A stretch of 64,000 bases of DNA from Phoronis australis (lineage: Eukaryota; Animalia; Phoronida): positions 1,155,841 through 1,219,840 of the forward strand of contig NMRA01000050.1 in assembly GCA_002633005.1 (NCBI GenBank). The letters run 5' to 3'. Of the stretch, positions 54,121-64,000 are shown piece by piece. The position numbers were made by a program, and so were the translations under genes. Under the pieces are notes generated by a model, which did no database searches, was not told the DNA's origin, and was given only the letters and a program-made list of their open reading frames with translations. Every line of letters begins with the position of its first letter. Position 1 is the stretch's first letter.

Positions 54121-55862
54121 CCAAGCAGTGAACAATAATTTGCCTAAATGAAAAAAATTCTATCTAAGGCAGAATGCTCGTCATACACAGAAGAGGATCA
54201 GACGTACTCGTTAAAATGTTGGTTCTATAATCGCAAAAAGTAACCCAAATTGAGGTACACGCGATTATAATAGGAAAATGTGGCAAAATCCGAAAGAATT
54301 TACCATCTCTCACTAAGTCTAGATCAAATATAAAATCGTACTTGTGTTCGATCCTGGTGAGAGTACCACAGCAAGTTAAAGTATATACCCTAACCATGGA
54401 GTTAAATTAAAGTGGCAATCCCAGGCAGTCTGCAAAACTTGAACTCTGGTATTTTTAAAGAACTTTCTATCAATGAAAAAATAAAAAACAGTTTGGTTGT
54501 GGTAAAAAGCTCATTTAGTCCGTAAAATTTAAACCCACTAAACAGAAAGGAAAGATCAAAATTTAAATAAACAACGCTTTACCAATGTTTGCATATATCT
54601 GAGATTAAAAAAACTATTTAATAAGCTAGAGATGTCATTTAAAATCTTATTGTTGAAGAAAAAGAAGAATACCCTACTCTATATGAAACGTGAACCAATC
54701 AGATTACCCACTCATAAAAATAAGCCCCTTAAGACAGAGCCAGAATATTCTCATTAACATCTAACTTGTGAAGTACAACCGTGTAATGTTGTTCTAACTT
54801 TTAATTTGTTTGAGTTTGTTTTGGTCCATTGATGTTAATGTCATCACTCTAAAATCCATCGGCCATATGTTGCTGCCAGGGATAACGTTTTTTCAAATTA
54901 GCGTTGTTGTTACTAAGTTGTTTCTTTATTGAATGCTGTCATGAAATCCATGTTCATTTTAAAATTACTTTTAAGGTAGCACGTAGCATAGTACTATTTA
55001 GCTAACAGATTTCAGATCGTAATTGTCTTTGTTAACTTGTTTTGTTTTATACGAGCAAGTCCCTTCCAGTATTCACACCATGTTTTGTTAATTTCTGTAG
55101 TAAACATGCTGACCTTCGGTTCATTCATAAAGCATTGCAAGGGACAAGATAATCATTAACACATGTGGCAGAAAAAGTGGTAGTTGCTTTCTGTATGACT
55201 TGGCAGGAGTGATATCGGTTAAAATTCAACAGAATGAAAAAATGATGAGCGTTACCTAAACAGGAACATCGGAGCTTACAATCACCAGCCCTGGGGACCC
55301 AAATCAGACTTAAAGTAAATACACGCAGAATTTGACTATTCGAAGGCAAACACATTTCCTTTATATGTGAGATACTATGGACTTTTTGTTTTATAATACC
55401 GTTGCCAACTTCGTGTGGTTGAAAATATTCCTATACAAGTAACTGCTAAAAATTTCAGTGAATGAATGTGCTTGTTTAGTAAACCAAGTGAAAATTTATA
55501 ATTCCGATATTCATGTGGCCTGCTGAACATCCATTGATTGTCCTAAAACTGATATCTGTGTATACACCAGTTTATAAGTGTTTGTATGTGATTCCTACTC
55601 TAAATCACCTTGTTATGTTCGTTTCTGCACCACTATACTTCTGTCATCAGTGAATGAATGATTATTGTTCTTCTGGATCCATGTTGTTTTAATTATTCTC
55701 AGCAGGTCTGCTGAATGTTAAAGTTTGACAATGTGTTCAGTTCAAGCAACTTTGATTCTGTTGTCTCTCATTAGATGTTTGTCAGCTTTTCTTGAATAAA
55801 CAGGTTGTGATGAAGAAAAACATTTCTTTTTATTATTTTACATAAGCTTAGTTGGTACTGAG

Positions 55863-56105
55863 CAGTGGCAGATCTACGTTTTTAGTAAGGGGGGCGGCAG
55901 AGTAGGATTTGCGCAAATTTGAGGCGCGTAGCACCGAGCGGAGGGAAGGTCGGGAGGGTGTTTCTCGCCACCCGTGTAAGATTTTTTTTGTTTTTTAATA
56001 TCTGATTTCGTTTTCCTGGCAACTGTTTTTTATTTTTTTATTTTTAATCGTGTCCCTGGGGGAGGGTTGAATCCCATGAACCCCCTCCCCGTAGATCTGC
56101 CTCTG
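55863..56105. mobile_element. MITE with CAGTGGCAGATCTACG terminal inverted repeats
   Basis: cagtggcagatctacg ... cgtagatctgcctctg (15/16 inverted match). Confidence 0.7.
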
Positions 56106-57947
56106 CAGTAGAACAGTGGTACTTGAATTCATTGTTATCTCTTGGACCTTACTGGGTTCTGGTTTTATCTGTAGGTTTTGAAGTTTCTTCGTTTACGTAG
56201 GACAATGCTTGGATTAACATCTGCATAAAAATACTGAGATTCTGAGTGTATTGTTAAAATAGGTATTTCAGGTCTTCAGTTGTCTCATTGGTTCAGCTAT
56301 ATAATTTCTAGCTGCTGTTCACGTTACCACAGAAAGCTTGCCATTGCTAAAAACTGTGTGTCAGTTTGAGCCATATCCCTCAAATTGTTTATTCAATGCA
56401 ACTCTTGGAAAGTAATTCTATCCAGTCAGTTGTGGTTTTCAGTATGGGTCTGATGTGTCTGTCAGCAATTAGCCTGGTGTTTATTGTAGTTAGTTACACG
56501 GAGAGTAGGAATGGGCCTAGGACCAGTACACTGACCGGTAGCTACATGTATAGCTGAGATCTAACAGTGTGAAAATACGAAATTGCCCATGAACTAAATC
56601 TAGTTGCTGGTCAGCCCAGCTGTGATTCACTTGAGACAGGCAGCTCGTACAGGCCGTTTGCACTCGTTTTAAGGTCAAGATTCGTTTTGTTGTGATCCAA
56701 TTTCGGGAAAACTTTATTTCATTAGGGTCATTCTTTGAAAGAGTTTTTTTGAAAAGGTCAGGCCTCGAGGTCTCTGGTATAGTGCCTTTGGGGCTGATGA
56801 GACACGACATGTAGTTCTGGTGGCTGGGGAAAAGGACAGAGTGTCCCAAAAATGTACACACTTCCTGAACACCTGCAGTTCAAATTCATTTCTTGTGATT
56901 TTCACTGAGAGTCTGCACGGCCTACTGCATGGTTACATTATATTTTTAACGTGGATACGTCTGTCAGGAAAAGCAATCGATTCATTTTTTAAGGAAAAAA
57001 TCATTACTAAATACTACTGGAAACTAAAAACACCAAGGAACTGCGAAGACAACCTTTCCAAGAAATGAGTTTATTTTTATTTATTTAAAGATTTTTTAAA
57101 CTTTTTTTTTATCTACGGTTTGTATGTACGAATTTCGTCAATGTCTTTAAGAATTATTTTAGACATGCAAAAATCGTCTAAGTGTACTTTACTATTTGGG
57201 AATCGGATTATGGAGTTTTTCCAACTTCAGCCAGCAATGAAATTCACTGAATTATCACCAATTCTTACAAGATTAGCTTCTAATCGTCAAAAATCATCTA
57301 TTAATCTACTATATTCTTAGATTCATAAACAAGTAAATCAGAAACCAACGAATTTGTTAATCAAACAGGAATGTTATGCACAATTTCCACATGCAGGCTC
57401 GCAGACTTTTGACGGGTAACCGGGGGAATATAAGAGAGGGGGTACTCGTATTAAGGTGTATTTACTGAGGTACCTATAACGGTTCACGATGTAATTTTGA
57501 ACTCCACTGACAAAACAAACGTTGAAATCTTTGTTTATGATTGCGAGAGTTCTTTTAGTACCCTTTTCGACATGTGCACGGTCATACAAATAGTAACCTA
57601 AACAGCAGCGTTTTCCACAAATGGGAATTCCTTACAAACACCTCAAAGTAACCATCTTCAAAAGAGATACTGTTCTTGTGATACTACTGGAAACAGTAAC
57701 ATTATTTTATAACTAACCATCGGAAAAAGTCCTTTTGTGTAATTCAGAAGTAGTGGCCTTCACGTTCTTCAAAATTCCACTCTTTCGATGGCGGCAATCC
57801 TACTGTATTTTCTTCAAAATTTTGGTTGTTTGGGTCGAATGGCTGTGCTGTGCAAGAATGTTTTGTGTTTTTTGTTTTTTCTTTTTTGATGAATTTGGAA
57901 TCTCAATTTCCCTCGTGAATACTTGGTGTCGGATTTACATAAAGAGG

Positions 57948-58118
57948 TTAGTGCGTTATTCTATATTATGGTTATGGCCATGGATTTAGAATGTCTATAT
58001 ATATACAATGTATCACGCTAATCTATATTGATGGCCATGACCATGGATTTAAAATGTCTATATATTTAGTGCACTATTCTATATTATGGTCATGACCACG
58101 GATTTAGATTGTCTATAT
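57948..58118. repeat. ~58-60-bp minisatellite x3
   Basis: tctatattatggt.atg.cca.ggattta.aatgtctata repeated three times. Confidence 0.8.
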
Positions 58119-58879
58119 TTATGTAGCGAGCTACGACAATTAGTATAACCAAATAATAGGAAATAGAGCCTGTACTTTGTCTAACAAGTGGGTGAGACGA
58201 ACTCTTTATAGAATATTTTTTCTATTTGGATTTGATATGTACACCTTGAAGCTTGTAATGCACTAAGGCCAGTCAATGAATGTATATTGTTTCTATTGCA
58301 ATCATTAGTTTTAGCAGAGTTATTAAAGTTTGAATTGTGGCAACATTGCGTAGCGTTTTAAGACACATGTTCGTATTGACGTCGTTCAGCATTTAATTCT
58401 AAAATTCAATGCGCCAACACCACGGATATTTCTCAAGTTTGATAAATGTAACCCCCCCCCTCCTGTTGCAACAACTAACTACACATGGTTTCTAGAACGT
58501 TCTAATGTTTCAGTTTACGTTTAGCAACTATAAGAGACGAAACGTGATGTAATAGCGGAGTTGCAACCGAATCGATTTAACGATTGCGCATGTCCGGAAA
58601 TTAGGGTGCGCAAAGGCTACTGGGATTGTTGATGGTAAACGGGATGGCCGACTGGTTTGCACGACGTGTAATTTGTGTGCATTAAACTACGCTGTTGTAT
58701 GTAATTCTGCCGCTATTCGCCCTAATTAGTGCCCATGGCTCAACAAGTGCCCCAACGCGTTTTCAGACTTTGCTAAAGTAAGCGCCCAGTCCATGAACTA
58801 CATGCGAAAAATGCCCTTACATACAGTTCTAACGTCTCCAATTTAACAACTGAAAGATCCGACAGCCTGAATTTGTAAC

Positions 58880-59103
58880 GGACCACGAGCCTCACCGTTA
58901 TGTCCGTACACTTCAAACTTACGCCGCGATTCAAAAAGAACGCATAAGTTTTGCTGCTCTTGCGAGGGATGTGCCCCACTACGCGGGTCTGGACTTTGAA
59001 AACAGACACAGCGTACTTGTCAAAGAGCGGGATTGCACTGTTTCTTTCCAGTACAGATCTTCTCCGGCCTCAAACTTCTTTGTGCATGTGAAAACCGTGA
59101 ATC
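58880..59103 (-). pseudogene. Degenerate HIRAN-like domain ORF (repeat-borne)
   Basis: IHGFHMHKEV*...FDKYAVSVFKVQTRVVGHIPRKSSKTYAFFLNRGVSLKCT matches the G.H.YK..W...D..AV.V....VGH.PR......FL..GG...C pattern; stop and frameshifts present. Confidence 0.55.
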
Positions 59104-59211
59104 NNNNNNNNNNNNNNNNNNNNNNNNNNNNNNNNNNNNNNNNNNNNNNNNNNNNNNNNNNNNNNNNNNNNNNNNNNNNNNNNNNNNNNNNNNNNNNNNN
59201 NNNNNNNNNNN
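59104..59211. other. Assembly gap (108 N)
   Basis: Run of N. Confidence 1.
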
Positions 59212-59218
59212 GCATACG

Positions 59219-59610
59219 TTAAGTGAGTCGACCCAGAACAGGTGATTGTGCAGAGGCATTATCCTCAAAATTGCTCATGTTGGCTTGGTTCTGGTCCAGC
59301 GAAAACAAGTTTTTTTTCACTACCAACCGCCATGGAGTATTTGTTACTGTTTCTTTGAAGGGAGATATTGTTGGGCAGTTTCTAAGATACGTTTTCTTGC
59401 CGCCCTCAAAATGAGCGGTGCACACTTTATGCTACGAAGTCGGAAAGAATTCACGAAGTCGGCCTTTGCTACCAGCTCTTCCGATGTCTCTGACCCATGT
59501 TTAACGCAGTTCTTGATCCTTGGGAAACAGGTAGTAACTAATTTTTTTATTTCGCTAACTGGTATAATAGCATGACAGGCACACAACACGTATAACCTCC
59601 CTGTGGCCGG
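59219..59610 (-). pseudogene. THAP zinc-finger pseudogene (DNA-transposon derived)
   Basis: GGYTCCVP/CYYTS*RNKKISYYLFPKDQELR*TWVRDIGRAG...FFPTS*HKVCTAHFEGGKKTYLRNCPTISPF: full THAP C2CH signature with three stops and a frameshift. Confidence 0.8.
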
Positions 59611-60227
59611 TTCGCCCCCACGCTTGCCGACGTACTTGTTTACCAGCTTAACCACAATGCAACATTCTGACCCATTTCCAATATGGCGGCGTTGCAACTC
59701 CGCTATTACAGACATTCATAAGCAGTAATAGAATGGCTGCAGGACGGGATTGACCTGGAACCCTCTGGTACAACACTTCGGGGCGGCAGGTGGCACCAGT
59801 GGATTGTTAATTAAAATGCGTTTGCCTGACTTACTTGAATAAATCTAAGTAATATTTCTGATGTTAAAATGTTTAGTGCCGATCATCACGAACTGTTGTG
59901 TCGCCTCTCCCTTCCCCCTCCTCCCCTCCGGATAAGGTTCCGCACGAGACAAATCTCCCTCCATCCAAGGTACATGTACGCCCCTCAGGATGTACACAGA
60001 AGTCCGTGCCCTGACTGTTGCATACTTCTGTATGTATTATACATTGCTCCTTGCCAGTTCAAAAGCTTTGTCTTGCCCTTTATATTTACCGTCCATCAAT
60101 CTTTATGAACTTGTACGTAACAAAATAGACAATATGTACTGTTCGTCTCCTTCAATGTCTCAACTAAGTAACGCTTGTGTAAAAATGTTGCACCTCCATT
60201 TTGGTTGATATAAATTCTGATGAGATT

Positions 60228-60338
60228 GATCATCGTTCACATATATCAGTCTGGTCATCGTTCACATATATCAGTCTGATCATCGTTCACATATATCAGT
60301 CTGATCATCGTTCACATATATCAGTCTGATCATCGTTT
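60228..60338. repeat. 25-bp minisatellite, ~4.4 copies
   Basis: gatcatcgttcacatatatcagtct repeated. Confidence 0.92.
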
Positions 60339-63300
60339 ACAACATTAATCTTAGGATCGTTTACCCCGAACTGCTCCACCGAGAGAGGGCACCGTCTGAA
60401 ATGGGGCACCTTAAAATTGGAAAAAAGTGACAGTTCATTCCACCCTCGTGTGGTCCCAAAACTATGCAGGGAGTGACCTCCTTCAACATGAAAGCACGAT
60501 TTCACAAAAAAACAAGAAAATAGAGGTAAAGGATTCCAACATTCGGCCCTCTCTCCGTGAGCGGTCCCGTAAGAATTTGTCAATAAAAACACAAAAGGTG
60601 GCCTCTTGAATGTCATTAATGGCCTCCTTCAAGGGCGGGGCCCCTAAATATTAAAATATCTTTATTTTCAAATATCAGGAAATGCGCAGCAATTGATTTT
60701 ATCTGTCAGGTCATAAATTTTTCTCAAGTTATATACAGTTTCGAGAGAAAAATAAAGCGAGTTGTCTCCGTTATCCCTTGCCAGAGAGGGGCCTCTAGAA
60801 AAATATAGTTTTGCATTCGCAAAATTGACTTATTGAAGTTAACCATCCAGTAAATAAGTACGCTCCGCAAAAGCTTCACTTTACAATTTTTTCTCGATTT
60901 TTCGAAATATATGTGTGCGTTTGGACGACCTGTGCTGCAAAATCGAAGACCATGACGACAGTGTCCTGGCCAGGGTCCTCAAAAGGTAAATCATGCAATG
61001 ATGCAGATTTGTTAATGTTCTCTTGAATTTTCCCTTTCATCCGTTTTTCGCAGTCTTTCTTTTCTCGACTGTACCCGGCACCTCGCCTACATGTATGTCG
61101 GTTGCCACGGTTTAACCTAGATGCTTGAAATTTTTTGGGTGCCCGCCCCCCAGCGTCTCCCCCCCCCCTTGCTTCCTGGCCCTGTCATATGATGTTCCAT
61201 CTCCTCATGCCAAGGTGATGTTGTCTGTTCCAATATTTCCCTTGATTTCAGAACACGCAGTAGACGTTTCTTACGTTAACTTTATACCCCCTAAAGAATA
61301 TTTTGATGGTGTTTGTTTGTTTTTGAAATACAAGAAGACGCCATAAGGTCAGAAACACTCTCCAAAGGCATAATCCGGCGTAACCTCGCAAAGTTCTCAG
61401 GTCTAACAAGAAAGCGGTCCTTTCGAAATTTTGTTGAGGTATAATATTTACTCCAGTTTGTGGTGACAGTGTGGATGTGAAACTGGCGACGACAAATGGA
61501 GACGTTGACAAAGAATCTGACTTCGGGACCACGGGCTCAAAAGCTGGCGAAGTTGAATTAGTCTGTACTCCAACACCCATTATTTTTACCTTTTTGTCGG
61601 GAGCATATAAAGGGTGTTGACGAGGGGGTGCAGAGGGCGGTAAAACGAGTGTCGACTTTGGATGGAGGAGGGTATAACTGGTGTGAATCTTGGGGCAAAA
61701 CTGGTTGCCTACAGAGGTAAGACTCAGTGGAGCTGACCTCGGGGGGGTGGAGGACTGTGTTCCAATTGGTTTCGCTCCTCCTCCCCACAAAAACAAATCC
61801 TACTACTCCTTCATTCAGACTCATCAAAGAAACTGCCAAAGAAATTACGACTTTTAAGTTATGGGATATTCGAAGAAGATTTGGTCATTTAGGAAAGCGA
61901 GTTTTTATAATCATATGGCTGATCGAAATTTTTCCAATTTTTGAGACTCAGAGAGGCATTCAATCGGGGAATTAATATAAGACATTATATTATGCAAAAT
62001 GTTCGCTTATATTATGCAAAATGTTCGCTATCACTCAAACTATTTATTGAAGTCACGAGAGGAATGTCTACCCGAGCAAGCCCGCCATACTATTTATCTC
62101 ATCGCACACGGTTGTTCTGCGCTCGATTTTGTTACCAAATGCTCTTTCTAGAGAGGTGTCTGTGTTCCGGCTCATGAAGTCTTTCTGTCACATATTCTCA
62201 TGAGATTAGCCTTGCTTTTCACGATGTCTTAGATCAGTACTAGACACAACGACATCCCACGTAGGACATTTTCACAACGCGTAGTATTGACATAGCTGAT
62301 TATATCAACCCACTTTGATCATAAGCCTTTGTTAGGAATCGGCGATTTATTAAAAAAAACACAGAAACACTTCAATTTTGCTGTTTTTAACTCTGCCCAT
62401 AGCTACGTACTAATTTCAAGAGGTCAACCTTATCCAAAATAGTGAAATCGATTTTGTAATTTATTGGAAATTGATAAAACGAGATCATAGTGGCTACATT
62501 GTGTTCATCCCGGTGTACATGACTGTACCTCGGTTAAGTGAAGACAACAGGCAGAGAAGACATTTGATTGGTTCATAAGCCGGAAGTTGTCAACTTGAAT
62601 CAGAATCAAATGTCCAAGAAAATTGACCCGATTACAGTTTGGAGCAGGTGGATTAGATTCTCCGTCGCTAATTTCATGATTCTGACTTGAAGATGGAGAT
62701 TCTGACGCAACCTAATTATCGCCACATAAAGATTTTAAATTAATCAGATAAATGATATCATGTGAAAGGAGTTAATTGGTTGTAATGTTGTAATATGAAA
62801 CATTTCTACATCTTCATACATATGCGTTTGCTTTGAAACACGGTCCGTTGAAACCAGTGCGTTTAATTTTCAGACTAAATCACGTGTGGATGCCGACTAA
62901 CGTAATAAAGACAATGATTCGTTGAGTTTTACAACATGCTCCGGTCCCAGGAGATTATTTGCTACGAATTTATCAGACGTCATTTTGAGTAATCTACCTT
63001 GGTTTAAGCTTCAAGAAACGGGTTTTATCGTAGATCAAAATTAAACAAATGTCTGAAAAGGTTTAGCAAATTCTTAAATCATGTAAATAACTAGACGTAT
63101 GAAGCGGGGGTATTAGAGCTATTGCACTGCTTTACAACAAATCAAAAAACCTAAGAAAAGCTAATCAGTGGGACATTTTTCTAGAGCGGGGGAGACAATT
63201 TGGCCTCCCATTTCTTATTCTGGTGAAACTTCCACAAAGTGTTCCCTACTGCGATGTTGGGGATTTCTGATGACACAAAAATCTCGCGAAGGACGCTAGT

Positions 63301-64000
63301 CAGTTGTGATACATGGAAATATCTCGCGTGCATGGTCTTGTGTGACCTGGCGTTTTTGAGTGGTTCTATTGTCTACGGAACGTCCGTCAGACCTACTGGA
63401 ATATTAATCTTGTTCACACTAAACTAACATGACAACAATGGCAGTAAACCTGCATTCAAGTAAATGAATTTTCATATAGACCACTTGTCGCTATGCAAGA
63501 GTTATGTGCAGGAAATTCAACACATTTAATGAATGTTATTGAACAGTGAAAGTGCTCAGACTAAACGCCATTTTTGAGACATAAGACTTGAAGCTCAGTG
63601 CTAGGTAGTGTGAAACAGAAAACAGTTTTCAATTTTCAGACATTGCAGTAATATTTGCGACCCCAACGAATCCCACAAATTTGAGAGGAGAAGATTTGTC
63701 ATTATTGTCAGTAAATTTCCTGTTCTGACTGTTCAACCCGACGACATACTGTAGAAGACATTTCAACGCATAACCATACCTGGCCCTATAGTCGGTGGGC
63801 CAGAATTTGTAGGGCCTCTAGAAAATGGTTTTTGTGAGTACTTTAGGGGGGCAATTTTATTTTGGTGTTTTTTAATTCATTTATTAGAGTGTTTTCAAAA
63901 TCTAAAAAGTTCCCACATATAAAGTTGCACATTTTTGAGAAATTTGAGTTTGAAGTTACCTAATAATCACCAAAGAGCTTAGTAAACTTATATTTGTAAA

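Noticed and set aside
60228-60338. Short direct-repeat array considered as CRISPR-like
   Set aside because: No spacers; simple minisatellite in a eukaryotic genome

Overview
AT-rich, intron-rich eukaryotic DNA, probably a marine invertebrate (taxon not determinable here). Most ORF-track ORFs are spurious. Hand-splicing at GT-AG sites gave two convergent genes. (1) + strand, 354-12606: the 3' part (9 coding exons, ~445 aa; 5' end probably outside the window) of a protein made of three tandem, diverged CTHRC1-type C-terminal domains. Each domain is encoded by the same 3-exon module, with no collagen repeat between domains. (2) - strand, 50300-17552: a complete 6-exon, 295-aa alpha-carbonic anhydrase with signal peptide, intact Zn ligands, GPI-type tail, a ~24.8 kb first intron and a TATA/CRE/CCAAT promoter. 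The remaining DNA holds transposon debris: two inverted Kolobok-like (TTAA/AGG) THAP-bearing elements, a hairpin MITE family, L1/Tx1, L2/CR1 and Penelope (GIY-YIG plus hammerhead) fragments, and THAP and HIRAN-like relics flanking an assembly gap. The palindrome TACATGTA is strongly over-represented. All calls come from manual translation and recalled family motifs; no database searches were run.
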